From the IMG/VR virus record IMGVR_UViG_3300014204_000122, positions 32,001-96,000 of that record: 64,000 nucleotides of DNA. One strand, written 5' to 3'. Positions 8,901-19,192 of this stretch are shown here, in pieces. A model generated the notes under the pieces. It was not told where the DNA came from. It did no database searches and saw only the letters and a list, made by a program, of their open reading frames with translations. Numbering within the stretch: position 1 is the stretch's first letter; each line of letters begins with the position of its first letter. The DNA comes from a virus (lineage: Duplodnaviria > Caudoviricetes). The position numbers and the translations under genes were made by a program.

Positions 8901-11691
8901 CAATTAATTCACCTAAAGTAACAGCATTTGGTCTTTTATATCTTAAAACACCTGCTGAATTATATCCAGAACCACGTTTACATAAATTCCCTAATGTTTT
9001 GTTTACTTTTTTATTTGAACCATTAGGACTGAATAAATTACCATTTATATTAAATGCCCCAAGATAGTCTAAGGTATCATGTAATTGTGACTCTAGCTTA
9101 ATAGCAACATCTGGTAAATTGTTAGTTGCATTAACATTTATGTTATTACTATGTACTGCATTACCAAGAGGAATATAATCCCATCTTTCATTTTCTTCGA
9201 ATGGAGCATTTTTGTGTATTAATATATTATTTATTGGATCATATGCAAAATATGTTGACGTTATTCCAACTATTGTAAGATATTCTGGTATTACACCAAC
9301 AAAACCTTCACATGTACTTCTAACTAATCGAGGATTATTAAAATCTGTTAAATCGATAAATATATATTCAAATTCAGCAATATTAATCTTTGTATTATCA
9401 ACATTTATTGTTATTCCGCTCCACTCTCCTATTAGTCCATTACTTCCCGATAAAGATATATCATTTATTGTAAGATTTGATGGCATTTTTAACCATCCAT
9501 TATTTGATTTAATAACTAAATCTCCAACTCTCCAATTTGTAATACCATCAAGCTCTGTTGATCCTGCTACTGATACTTTCCAAGCATAACCGGGAATTAA
9601 AGTTCCATCTATAGGAGGAGTATTTGTATCAGCATCCCAATCACCCTCCATTCTAATTATATTCCCTAAAATATTTTCAACTGCTTCATCTATATAATCA
9701 GACGTTGCTAATTTATCATTATTTCCCGTTGAACCTTCTGCTAATGCTGTTGGTAATATATTTTCAGTAGTAATTATTTTAAAATTATCATCAAGAACTA
9801 AATTACTATTATTTATTATTAAATTATTATATTCTAAAGAAATATATCTAGTATCTCCGTGATCGGCGGTATTTAATACATAATTATTATCAACAACAAA
9901 ATCACTTGCAGTTATAACATATTTATATATTTTATTATTTTCTCTACAAAAAACCAAAGGATAATCTAAAGTTTCTATATCAGTTTTTAAATCAAAACCA
10001 TAAATATGTGTATTAAAATATTCTTTATTTTCTGTACCAATTAAAATAAAATTATTTAAAGAAACATTTGTTAATTTTGTTAACTCATCTGCTGTAGATT
10101 TAAATCCTACTATATTGGCAAAAGAGACTTTAATATTTTTAGAGTTAGTTAAATCTATAAAATCAGTATTTATATTTAAATCTGTATATAGAACTGTTCC
10201 CGCTATTTGGTTATCTGTTATAAAAATATTTGTTATAGTTAAATTACTTTTAACTAAATTATTTCCTAATAAAGTACAATTAGAATTAATTACATAATTT
10301 AAATTTCCTGTAGTTTTATAAAAGATAGTACTTTCTATTATATTATCTTTAAAATCAGTTAAAACAGCATTTAAATCAGTTAAAACAGTGTTTTTAATAG
10401 CTAACTTTCCTTTTTCAAAAAAAGTAACTTCTAACAATAAAGATTTATCAACTATTAAGTTAATTTTATTATTAAAAGTAATAGTTTTATTAAAAAAACA
10501 AGTATTAAAAGAAAGAGTTTGATTATTTCCAAAATAACTAATAGTATCTAAATCAAAATCAAAATTTATATTAATAAATTCTAATATACCAGTATTAATT
10601 TTTTGTTCTAATGTTCCAAACGGATTTCTTAAACTACTTGTTATTGTTGTAGTTAATTCATAAATGGAAACTGGGTTTATATCACTTGTAGTATAAACAA
10701 ACTTATCTCCACTTGATGCAATTGGATAAAACAAATAATCTATAGAGTTTTGAATAAAATAACCTTTATAAAAATCTGTTGTTGTATTAAATGAAGTAGA
10801 AGTTATATTATATTTAAAGGGAATTAAAGCATCAGGCACTGAACCATCTAAAGAAAGACTTTCTGTTAAATTATTTCCTTGTATTCTTACCCTACTATTA
10901 CCTATAAAAGTAATTGTAGATAAATAATCTATTATTTGTTGGTTTATTTCAAAACTACTATCATCTAGAATAATTGTTACTATTATATCATTTAAAATAG
11001 TAGTATATGATAAATCTTTAAAAGCTCTTTGTAAGGTTTGATAAGGTGTAGAAACTTCTCCTGTACCTGATAAATCATTTCCTATAGCAGATATATAAAT
11101 ATCAAAACTAGTTGAAATAAAAGAAGTTAAACTATTGTTGAATTCTATTTTTTCAATATTATCACCGTTTACGTTTGCTTTTGTTTCTCCTATATTAAGA
11201 AAAGTTTCTCCAATATACATGTATAATTCAGCAGTTCCTGGAATAGGGGAGCTGGTTAATTCTTGATAATATATACCTGATTCATATTGAAAAACCCAAT
11301 TTCTAGAATCATCTATTGGAATTCTTAATCCTGAATTTTCTTCATATATTTTTACTTCATATTTATATCCAAAAGTAGGAGAGACAACGTTATTTACTCG
11401 AGTACCAGCTACTATACCATATTCAGGAATATTAATAGAGTGTGTTGCAAAATAAGCATGATTGTTTGAAGTTTCATCAATACTTAAATTTACCGTAAGT
11501 TTTAATACAACATTAGCTGCTTCTGCAACAACAGGATCAGGATCAATTGTTTCTGCAAAAATTGCACTAGAAGGTAAGTTAAAAAAATAACTTTCTTTTT
11601 CGTTTCCCAACTCTTTAGAGTTATCCGTATGGGATTTTCCTAATAAGTTTTTAAAAGCAATATTTGTTTTTGTTGTATTTTCTAAAGACAT
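5995..11691 (-). CDS. large tail fibre / receptor-binding protein
   Basis: 1898 aa. Two 'GND..G.G....PY.T'-type beta-helix starts, GDWDADTNTP and DRGSYNP fibre repeats, NNLSDV motif, C-terminal beta-helix. Confidence 0.65.
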   Translation of the reverse strand: MSLENTTKTNIAFKNLLGKSHTDNSKELGNEKESYFFNLPSSAIFAETIDPDPVVAEAANVVLKLTVNLSIDETSNNHAYFATHSINIPEYGIVAGTRVNNVVSPTFGYKYEVKIYEENSGLRIPIDDSRNWVFQYESGIYYQELTSSPIPGTAELYMYIGETFLNIGETKANVNGDNIEKIEFNNSLTSFISTSFDIYISAIGNDLSGTGEVSTPYQTLQRAFKDLSYTTILNDIIVTIILDDSSFEINQQIIDYLSTITFIGNSRVRIQGNNLTESLSLDGSVPDALIPFKYNITSTSFNTTTDFYKGYFIQNSIDYLFYPIASSGDKFVYTTSDINPVSIYELTTTITSSLRNPFGTLEQKINTGILEFININFDFDLDTISYFGNNQTLSFNTCFFNKTITFNNKINLIVDKSLLLEVTFFEKGKLAIKNTVLTDLNAVLTDFKDNIIESTIFYKTTGNLNYVINSNCTLLGNNLVKSNLTITNIFITDNQIAGTVLYTDLNINTDFIDLTNSKNIKVSFANIVGFKSTADELTKLTNVSLNNFILIGTENKEYFNTHIYGFDLKTDIETLDYPLVFCRENNKIYKYVITASDFVVDNNYVLNTADHGDTRYISLEYNNLIINNSNLVLDDNFKIITTENILPTALAEGSTGNNDKLATSDYIDEAVENILGNIIRMEGDWDADTNTPPIDGTLIPGYAWKVSVAGSTELDGITNWRVGDLVIKSNNGWLKMPSNLTINDISLSGSNGLIGEWSGITINVDNTKINIAEFEYIFIDLTDFNNPRLVRSTCEGFVGVIPEYLTIVGITSTYFAYDPINNILIHKNAPFEENERWDYIPLGNAVHSNNINVNATNNLPDVAIKLESQLHDTLDYLGAFNINGNLFSPNGSNKKVNKTLGNLCKRGSGYNSAGVLRYKRPNAVTLGELIGSPDADIRHRLRNLQEYIYETGDTIDTEHWDNNGVKELIPVGKFTIHRLAIPVSNKLRVQIGQFLYDSISEALQAISTEQFIPEQNLNQNFLFRCALVVESGCTELNNETKARFMELDRFGNPNLGSSIGATTTMQQSYEVSAIPKIKLLQTKGAISYQTGDDMADIDNILEVWNKLGVGKFAVRGDGTVKGSDAVNDDEFVTKGQLTNATLGLFDDRGSYNPTITSKYPITGGSGTAGVIMKGDIWTISADGNINGIPVLIGYTVRALIDSPDDEVDANWSISNVGIGYIPLKPSNNLSDVSSQQTALNNVTGVSSAEIGQVLYKNNGGDVDWKDSTIVNLSHSLFVDSVFGDDISGDGTILFKYKTLDKISTLTNKWSGTQIATKTSGSRVITNISDVDYNLMEVGDSFAYGSGLVYNTRIITKDGGLENAKSVTTSQTQSTGGFMPVWIRHYTVYCKGNFVPTTNLAKEGMRWVFKGSQISWGDLTLFNISDTWHSDYILEGGLFIGTHANSRFINCVGQNANFKYYQDCEIYSSTSTTWLIQIGTQSSTQYGFYDIKGIIRNMLGRAIAFSDAKYLNLEAKIYGLLQGVSLYSVGNAICNVDIETPSPAYAYSINNAYNILNGRVQGDIYISGTGGKTICNARTTGSINLIYGYFYLNGWSSCDSPSALNIDSNSECTVNGTFAGRFVNMAGRLNFNSTTVISVLQGSNITGGVLEINCPISVVSQITQTGGIINYRSDAGPGHYSVPLVNISSGELNFLGKITRESATVPSIIQSGGIVRIGNMPFVNTSGWLITKSGGTLIFLNSYLKTNGKSPILCTANTSASKDIYVLGCTTNCDKITHGLKLAFGKIITITVTADNLLTSFNFFDGTNTTAISYDGLGLGKTKNEIATEITALINAITPMLTRTAMVVNNVITVSGIGEGDILASSLVNATTVVTVPLNYNPNPIIENQLNEDVTYNLG

Positions 11692-11702
11692 TTTTATTAT
11701 TT

Positions 11703-12188
11703 TTATTTGTTGAAAAATAAACTATACATAATTGCAATTGCAGATAATATTATTATAACATTACTTATAAGTTTGCCTAATTCGTTATATTTAGCCATTT
11801 CAGGATGTTTTTGATCAATTCTTACAACCTCTGTTTCTTTTTTTAAAACTTCTATCTGTCCCGATAAACAATTAATAGTTGATAATAAATTATTAACTTC
11901 TTTTATATTGTTTTCTTTAACATTTAATAATTTTTTATCAAGTTCTTCTATTTGATTTTTTAAAACATTAATTTCAGCTAACTTTTCTTGAATTTTTTCA
12001 ATTTTTTCGTTATGAGTATTTACTTTTTCGTTTATAGATTTAGATTCTGTATGAATCCTATCTAATTTTTCCATAAACAAATCTTGAATATGTTTAAGTT
12101 GTTCATGCAATACGTCATTAGATGATCTTACTTCAGCTATTAAAAGTGAAAGTTTAATGTTTTTTTCTTCTTCTTGATCTATTGTCAT
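11703..12188 (-). CDS. coiled-coil protein with C-terminal membrane anchor
   Basis: Heptad-rich body and hydrophobic C-terminus (VIIILSAIAIMYSLFF). Confidence 0.55.
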   Translation of the reverse strand: MTIDQEEEKNIKLSLLIAEVRSSNDVLHEQLKHIQDLFMEKLDRIHTESKSINEKVNTHNEKIEKIQEKLAEINVLKNQIEELDKKLLNVKENNIKEVNNLLSTINCLSGQIEVLKKETEVVRIDQKHPEMAKYNELGKLISNVIIILSAIAIMYSLFFNK

Positions 12189-12298
12189 TATTTATTTAAT
12201 ATAGGTATTATATAATATTTATATTTAAATATTAAAAAAAACAATAAAGTTTGAAAAAAATAAAGATAAACTTGTTTGGGGTAGTTAATTTTATTTTT

Positions 12299-14839
12299 TT
12301 AAATAAATTGTAAGACAATATCATAAATATTACCTGCCATTTGTTGTCCCATCGTAATTTTTATGACTATATATCCCCCTGTATTAGCTGTATTTTTTGT
12401 ACCTATTGTTAAACCCCAATTTGTATTTAAAGCACGACCTGTACCTAATAAAGAACTTCTGCAACCATCTCCATCTGAAAACATTTCAGTATCAAAATCA
12501 TTATAACAATCTAACCACCCTGTTTGACTTGAAGCTTTAATTTCTACTTTACAATTATTTCCAGTTAAAGTTTCTGTTATTGGTACAAAGTTAATAGAAT
12601 TACCTAAAATTTTTAATATAAAATTACTAGTAGTTGGAGCTGTTTGTTTAAAATAACGATAAAAAGTTCTATTGCCAGTTAATCCAGTATAATTCCTTGC
12701 AGGACCCTTTGTTGTACCATCATTCCAAATTGGAGCATTGGGCAAAACTGTAGTTCTAAAATCATTTGGATAAAAAAGACTCCATCCTGGATATATTAAA
12801 AGACCATCTATTACTTGTAATCCATCACCATAACCCGGGTTTATAGAATTTTTAATAGACATTTGACTATCCCACATATTAGAAGGAAAATTTACGAAAT
12901 TATCAAAATCTATATTTGACGGCAATCGATAACCTTCACTTGTAAAGGTTTCTTGATAATTAGTATTTGTATCTACTAGATTATCTAATAAAATACCTGA
13001 AATTGTAGATGTTAGACTGTTACTTATTGATTGTACTGTTCTTTTAACTATTGTTTCTATTGTAGGATTTACGTTTACAAGAGCTATGTTGGAATTTAAA
13101 GTTACAGCTTTATTAGTAATTATTATTTGTTCATCAACCCCAGTTGTATTTGCCGGAATTTCTAAAGGACTAGTAGTTCCATAATTACAACTAAAAGAAA
13201 TAGCATCTGTATCTTTATTATATGTATTTTTATATGCATTAGAAATTTTTACACTATAGAAAAAAGTACCTGATGTATAATATCCAATTCCAGATAAATA
13301 TTTAATTCCAGATAATGAATTTACAACAAAAGACATATCTGAATACGCTGTTGCTGTTACATCATCATCTATTAAAATATCAAACACAGTTAAAGTTCTA
13401 ACATCTCCCAATGCAATCACATGTTCTACTTTTATAGTATTATATCCATTATTTAAATCACTTTTTATTACCATCCAACCACCTGTTCTATGTTGTATAG
13501 AACTTAACTCTGAACCGTTAGCAAAATGTGCTGGAGATTGTGCAGATACATATATTCCTGTTGTTGTTCCTCCTGTTGTACCATCTATAGAGTTAACAGA
13601 ACTAGTAAGATCTAAATTTGCTATTTCAATATCATTAATATATAAAATTAAATTACCCGTATCTGCTTTACTAAAAGATTGAGCTATATAAGAAGGTGTT
13701 GGTAACATCGTATCTTGCGGTACATCATAGTTAAAAATACCTGATAAAACATCTCCTGCTCTTGATGATATACCTAATCTATATCCTGATGTTAAAAAAG
13801 TATCATTAAGAGAAACAGGATCAACAACACCTATTCCGTCTGCTGGTGTATAACCAACTAAAGGTAAAGATGTATCAAAACTTAATTTTCCTGAAACTTG
13901 AGGAGTTAAAGTAAGTTCATTCCATGAAATTAATTCAGGGGCTGAAGTGGGAGTTAAAGCTTTTGCTATTTTATTTAATTCACATATAGCATCAACAGTA
14001 GTAGTAGATTCAAAATCGAACAAACCATTAGTCCAAGTACCTTCTGTAGGTAATCCTAATGGGTGAGTTAAAAAAGGTTGAATTATCCATAATCCTGAAG
14101 GATAAGTTCCGTTATATTGATATAAAACAGTATCTATATTTTTTATTTTAATAGTATAACTATTTGTTGGAACTATATATTCCCATGTACTATTATTATA
14201 ATAAGCTATTTCATTTGCATGTGTAATAAACTCATCTATGGGTGTTGATGAAATTAAATATTTATCTCCCTGGGTTGGAGTTAATCCTATAGGAGTATTA
14301 ACAATAGATATAACACTATCTTGCCATGTATCTGTTGCCATAGGAATAAGACTAATTACTCCCTCTATTTCTCCTTTAATAAGAGATTTTAAAGAAATAA
14401 TAGTATCAGATGGTAATTGGTGTAAAAAATATCTATAAGGAATTTTTAAAGAAACATCAGTATCTATATCAAATAAATAAGGAGTCTCAACACCTGCTAT
14501 TGTCAAATAATAAAAAGTAATAGTATAAGGTCCTCCTTCTGTACAACTTAACTTTCCGTAAACTTCTGATCTATCAGAATAAATTTTTCTATTATTAATA
14601 GTTAAATTTATTAAAACAATATTATGAGGACTAGCGCTAATTACACCATTTTCTGTTTCATCAGCTGAAATTCTTATATCTATAGGTTTACCTTTATAAC
14701 CAGCTGTTAAAATAGTTGTTTCTAATGTAGAATAAATATTTACACTAGAGCTATTAATAGGTATAGTAAATGTTGAAATGTTTATATAGCCTCCAACTAT
14801 TCTGCTTATTTGTTTTGCTTGTATGTGTTCTTGTTGCAT
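12299..14839 (-). CDS. virion structural protein (tail/baseplate-associated)
   Basis: 846 aa, beta-rich; WQDSVISI..TP....GDKYLI segment resembling DUF2793-type fibre domains. Confidence 0.5.
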   Translation of the reverse strand: MQQEHIQAKQISRIVGGYINISTFTIPINSSSVNIYSTLETTILTAGYKGKPIDIRISADETENGVISASPHNIVLINLTINNRKIYSDRSEVYGKLSCTEGGPYTITFYYLTIAGVETPYLFDIDTDVSLKIPYRYFLHQLPSDTIISLKSLIKGEIEGVISLIPMATDTWQDSVISIVNTPIGLTPTQGDKYLISSTPIDEFITHANEIAYYNNSTWEYIVPTNSYTIKIKNIDTVLYQYNGTYPSGLWIIQPFLTHPLGLPTEGTWTNGLFDFESTTTVDAICELNKIAKALTPTSAPELISWNELTLTPQVSGKLSFDTSLPLVGYTPADGIGVVDPVSLNDTFLTSGYRLGISSRAGDVLSGIFNYDVPQDTMLPTPSYIAQSFSKADTGNLILYINDIEIANLDLTSSVNSIDGTTGGTTTGIYVSAQSPAHFANGSELSSIQHRTGGWMVIKSDLNNGYNTIKVEHVIALGDVRTLTVFDILIDDDVTATAYSDMSFVVNSLSGIKYLSGIGYYTSGTFFYSVKISNAYKNTYNKDTDAISFSCNYGTTSPLEIPANTTGVDEQIIITNKAVTLNSNIALVNVNPTIETIVKRTVQSISNSLTSTISGILLDNLVDTNTNYQETFTSEGYRLPSNIDFDNFVNFPSNMWDSQMSIKNSINPGYGDGLQVIDGLLIYPGWSLFYPNDFRTTVLPNAPIWNDGTTKGPARNYTGLTGNRTFYRYFKQTAPTTSNFILKILGNSINFVPITETLTGNNCKVEIKASSQTGWLDCYNDFDTEMFSDGDGCRSSLLGTGRALNTNWGLTIGTKNTANTGGYIVIKITMGQQMAGNIYDIVLQFI

Positions 14840-16344
14840 TACCAGTAATATATTTCTAGTTTATCTGTAGTTTCTAAATTAAATTTATTATTTGTCCATA
14901 TTAAATTTGCATTAACTATGGAATAATCTGTTGTATAAGTATATTTTATACCATTTATAAAAAGCTTTGAAAGATTAGGTGATGTAGGAATAAAATCTAA
15001 TGAAAACATAGTTTGATCATCAGCTGCTACTGTTAATATTAATAAATTTTCTATACTAGATGAAGTATTGTAAATATAAAACTTATGTGAGGTTTTATCA
15101 TAATCAAATTCAACTAATTTTCCAATTTGACCTTTATCAATTATTAATAAATCTCCATCAACAAAATCTCTTATTGTAATAGTATATGAACCTAAATCAA
15201 GACTAGAATCAATTGCAAAAATAAATTTAGCATTAGATGTGACTGCATAGTTTTTTAAAGTAATAACTATATTTTCGGTTAGAGTACCAGTAATTAATTG
15301 AGTAACACTATCTATATATGCGAGTAAATCAGAAGTAGTTAAGTTTAAAACAGATCTTCCTCTTTTTCCTATTGTAGATGATGAATCAATATGTACGTCT
15401 GATAAAACCAAACCTGAAAACACACCTGTTATATTACTAAACGTACAATTTGTACAATTATCTGATATAATAGAAGAATTAAAAATTTTAATATTAGAGG
15501 AGTTAGATAAAAGTATAGTTGAATTAGTTGAATATATACCTTCACAATTATCAATTGTTCCTACAGAATTTATTAACAATGTTTTTGATGATGATGTGAT
15601 TGCGACTTTTGAATTAAGCAATTGTGAATTTGATTCATTAACATCATCAATGTTTGCTATACTATTATTTATAGTATCTAATGTTATTTTATAATTATAT
15701 TTAGTTGAACCTATTATTGTTCCTGATGGTGTAAAATCATTTATAGTTAAAGCAAGTACTCTAAAAACCTGTCCTATCCCTTCTCCTATTTGATCTGTTG
15801 TATCCGTAATATCATACCACTGTAATGCAATAAGATTATCAGTGTTTGCCAAATCATAATAAGCGGAAAGTGTAATAGATATAGGATCAGAGGTTATTGT
15901 AATTAAAGTATATACGACACCAGTCCATTTATAATATTTTCCTGATGTTAAATCAACATAATATTTATTTAATACTGGTGTAATTAAAATAGAATACCCA
16001 GCATCTTCATAAAACAAACCATCTATATTATTATAATATCCTTCTACAGCATCTGGTGGAATAGGTCCACTACCTCCACTTACATTTATGTAATTATTAT
16101 ATAAAATATTAGCAGCTTCATGTAAATTAATAGCAGCTAATTTAGCCTCAGCCTTTGATTGAAAAGTAAGAGATATAGTTTCATTACTTTCAAGTAATAT
16201 TAATAAAATATTTTCTTCTGTATTATTACTTAAATATCTTCCTATGTTTATATTATATAAAATTATTCCTGATGTATTTTGAAGAGATAAAATTATATCA
16301 GATGATTGATAAGGAACAATAAATGTATTTGGATTAAGTGCCAT
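14839..16344 (-). CDS. virion structural protein
   Basis: 501 aa; beta-helix-like centre; C-terminal LFINGIKY..DY.I motif. Confidence 0.5.
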   Translation of the reverse strand: MALNPNTFIVPYQSSDIILSLQNTSGIILYNINIGRYLSNNTEENILLILLESNETISLTFQSKAEAKLAAINLHEAANILYNNYINVSGGSGPIPPDAVEGYYNNIDGLFYEDAGYSILITPVLNKYYVDLTSGKYYKWTGVVYTLITITSDPISITLSAYYDLANTDNLIALQWYDITDTTDQIGEGIGQVFRVLALTINDFTPSGTIIGSTKYNYKITLDTINNSIANIDDVNESNSQLLNSKVAITSSSKTLLINSVGTIDNCEGIYSTNSTILLSNSSNIKIFNSSIISDNCTNCTFSNITGVFSGLVLSDVHIDSSSTIGKRGRSVLNLTTSDLLAYIDSVTQLITGTLTENIVITLKNYAVTSNAKFIFAIDSSLDLGSYTITIRDFVDGDLLIIDKGQIGKLVEFDYDKTSHKFYIYNTSSSIENLLILTVAADDQTMFSLDFIPTSPNLSKLFINGIKYTYTTDYSIVNANLIWTNNKFNLETTDKLEIYYW

Positions 16345-16362
16345 TTTTTTTATTTATAAAAT

Positions 16363-16686
16363 TTATAATAGTATTGCTCCATTCATAATTTGTTTAAACC
16401 TAAGTTCAGCTGTTGCAGCTTCATTTGAATTTATAAATGTTAATTCCGTTGGTTGATAATTGTTTACCTCCTTGATGACCAACGTTTGTCCTTGTTTGTA
16501 AAAAATAAGAACATTTCTTAAAATAATTTGATGTATAGTTTGACCGTCAATAGGGTGTTTGATTACAGCTGTTTGTCTTTGAATTTCCGTTTTAACATTT
16601 AAAGCAACAAGATTACCTGATGTTAATGGATTAACTACTGGTACTGTTGGAGTTACTGTTTTTTTCTTTTTATCTATAAAATCCAT
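16363..16686 (-). CDS. hypothetical protein
   Basis: 107-aa ORF with overlapping start/stop in the operon. Confidence 0.55.
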   Translation of the reverse strand: MDFIDKKKKTVTPTVPVVNPLTSGNLVALNVKTEIQRQTAVIKHPIDGQTIHQIILRNVLIFYKQGQTLVIKEVNNYQPTELTFINSNEAATAELRFKQIMNGAILL

Positions 16687-17081
16687 TATTTATATTGTAT
16701 TTTAATTCTTGTTCTATCATTTGGTGTTGGCAATGTAAAACTTTCTTGATTATTTGCAAAAGTAAAATAACCATAATAAGTTCCTGATTTTTTTATAAAT
16801 AAAGGATCAATGGTTGTTAAAATTTCTGAATTTTCCATATTATTTATATTAGCTGTACTGTTTGTTATTAAATTACCATAAACATCGTATAGTTTAAAAA
16901 TAATACTATATCCTGATAATAAAAAAGGTGTTTTATCTCCAAACAAATTAGTTCTTTCATAAAGGTGAACTAATATTTTTAACTCACCTCCTAAATTACA
17001 GTTATATATATCTTTTTGTAAAACTATAAAAGGATATGTATTGTAAGCTCTTTTATCAAATATTTCACAAGTATCCGCCAT
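16686..17081 (-). CDS. BppU-like baseplate/adaptor protein
   Basis: LSGYSIIFKLYD...SGTYYGYFTF..TLPT pattern resembling BppU N-terminal Ig-like domains. Confidence 0.4.
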   Translation of the reverse strand: MADTCEIFDKRAYNTYPFIVLQKDIYNCNLGGELKILVHLYERTNLFGDKTPFLLSGYSIIFKLYDVYGNLITNSTANINNMENSEILTTIDPLFIKKSGTYYGYFTFANNQESFTLPTPNDRTRIKIQYK

Positions 17082-17144
17082 TTTTTTATTTTAAATATAG
17101 TTTTTGGAATAACTTTTTAAAATAAACAAGTAAAAGTTTAATTG

Positions 17145-17627
17145 TTAAATTTTTAAACTTAACTTATAAGCATTTCTTATATTTTTATTTAAATAATTTC
17201 TTAAAATATTAGTATTTTTTCCCATAGGATATTTACTAAAATCCTCTAGTGATGTTTTAGAAGGAGAAATGTTTGAGTTTTTAGATTCAGCATCTACAAT
17301 TGTTGGTAAATCTGATTTAGTTTCAATAGCGTTTTCTTTTTCTTTTTTAAGTTTTTCGTCTTGTGCTTTTTTTATTTCTTCTTTATTTGGAATTTTTATT
17401 TCTTGTTTTTTAAACTGAATAATATCTGCTAATATTCCAAAATTATAATGTAAATTTAAACCCCAAATTCTATTATTTTTAACTTCTAATATCCAAACTA
17501 AAGGTCTTTTGTCATGTATATCTTCAGCATTATATTCAAAATAATATAACATTCCCGGTTTTAAACTATTAGGATGAGCTCTTTGAAGATTAAAAAATTG
17601 GCTTATATTATTAATCGTTAACTTCAT
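17145..17627 (-). CDS. DNA end protector protein (T4 gp2-like)
   Basis: PGMLYYFEY...DKRPLV....GLNLHY signature. Confidence 0.7.
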   Translation of the reverse strand: MKLTINNISQFFNLQRAHPNSLKPGMLYYFEYNAEDIHDKRPLVWILEVKNNRIWGLNLHYNFGILADIIQFKKQEIKIPNKEEIKKAQDEKLKKEKENAIETKSDLPTIVDAESKNSNISPSKTSLEDFSKYPMGKNTNILRNYLNKNIRNAYKLSLKI

Positions 17628-17629
17628 TT

Positions 17630-19192
17630 TTATTTTTTCGATTTTAATAAAGATTTAATAAAATCACCTTCAGATTTAAATACAATTTCGTCAATATCAT
17701 CTATTGCTGCGTTTATATATTCTATTTTTTGTTTAATGCCTTCAAAAATATCTTCTTCTATTGTATCTTTATAAAAAGGAAAATATATTTGTACTTTTTG
17801 TTTTTGACCTATTCTATGTATACGTTTTTCCCCTTGTAAAACCAAATGTGGTGAAAAAGGCAAATCGTTCATTATCATCATTGTGGCTGATGTTAAGGTT
17901 ACACCTTCTGATCCAACTATATAATTACAAATACAAACATCAATAGAACTATTAGATTGAAAGTTTTCAATATTTAATTGTCTTTGTTTTTCTTTAATTC
18001 TTCCATCTAAAGTAACACATTTTTTGCCATAAATTTCTTTTACATAATCTACAATAGCGGTAAAGTTTGTAAAGACAACAACTTTGTGTCCTTGTTCTAT
18101 GCAACTATCCAACATTTCTTTTAAAGATCCATCTTTTATTTTTTCTAAAGCACAAAACATTCTTTTGGCAGCAAGTTTAACAAAACCTTCTCCCGAAAAT
18201 AAATTTTTTTGATAATGTTCTGATTCTGGATTGTTAATATTATCATAAATTTCTTGAAATTTATCATTTACTGCTTTTTCATACGCTTGAAACTGCCTTG
18301 ATGAAAACTCTAAATAATAAGGAATCCTTAATTTACTAGGTAAATCAATAGCCTCGCTTGTCATCCTTCTGAGCATAACATCCTGTGTTCTGTAATGTAA
18401 ATCTTTTAAGTTTGATGCACCACTATAATCCCAGCCAAAATCTGTTTTTTTACCGCCACAATATCTTCTACCAAAATCTGTTTTGTTTTTTCCTAAAGTA
18501 TGTTTACAAATTTTTAATAAATTAAAAAAATCCATTGGTCTATTAGCCATGGGGGTACCTGTTAATAACCAAGTAGTTTTTGTTTTATTTGCAATTTTAC
18601 TAAAAAACTTACTTCTTCGAGATTTAGAATTTTTTACATAATGTGCTTCATCTGCAACACCTAGTTTAAATTTTGCTTTTACAATTTCATTAATGTATTT
18701 ATGAATTTTATCATAATTTATAATAATAACCTTATTATCAACCCATTTGTTATTGATTATGGAAATATTTTTTTCATCCATAAATATAGATAATTCTATT
18801 TTCCAGTTTAATCGAAGTGTTTTAGGGCAAATAATTATTGTTTTTTCATTCTTTTCTACAATAGCCATTACTGTTGATTGTGTCTTCCCAAGCCCACAAT
18901 CGTCAGCTAAAATTCCCTTTAATTTATTTAATAACCAATTAGTTCCAACTTTTTGATGAATATAGGGTGGGCGAATTTTATATTTTCCCCAATCAATTTC
19001 AAAATCTTTTATTTCATCAATTGGTAATAAGGTTTTATTTTTTTGGATAGCTGCGACAGAAACAAGCATTTTTTCTGCCATAGAATTTTGAGTTAGAGTT
19101 AATTCTTCCCCTTCTTCTAATTTTTTTTTTAAAATTTTAAGATATGGATGAGGTCCTTGGTATTTTAAAATTAACTCTGAAATCTTTGACAT
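17630..19192 (-). CDS. SNF2-family helicase (HARP/SMARCAL1-like)
   Basis: LADDCGLGKT (Walker A), ADEAH (Walker B), LTGTP, GVTL, Q.EKRIHRIGQ (motif VI). Confidence 0.9.
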   Translation of the reverse strand: MSKISELILKYQGPHPYLKILKKKLEEGEELTLTQNSMAEKMLVSVAAIQKNKTLLPIDEIKDFEIDWGKYKIRPPYIHQKVGTNWLLNKLKGILADDCGLGKTQSTVMAIVEKNEKTIIICPKTLRLNWKIELSIFMDEKNISIINNKWVDNKVIIINYDKIHKYINEIVKAKFKLGVADEAHYVKNSKSRRSKFFSKIANKTKTTWLLTGTPMANRPMDFFNLLKICKHTLGKNKTDFGRRYCGGKKTDFGWDYSGASNLKDLHYRTQDVMLRRMTSEAIDLPSKLRIPYYLEFSSRQFQAYEKAVNDKFQEIYDNINNPESEHYQKNLFSGEGFVKLAAKRMFCALEKIKDGSLKEMLDSCIEQGHKVVVFTNFTAIVDYVKEIYGKKCVTLDGRIKEKQRQLNIENFQSNSSIDVCICNYIVGSEGVTLTSATMMIMNDLPFSPHLVLQGEKRIHRIGQKQKVQIYFPFYKDTIEEDIFEGIKQKIEYINAAIDDIDEIVFKSEGDFIKSLLKSKK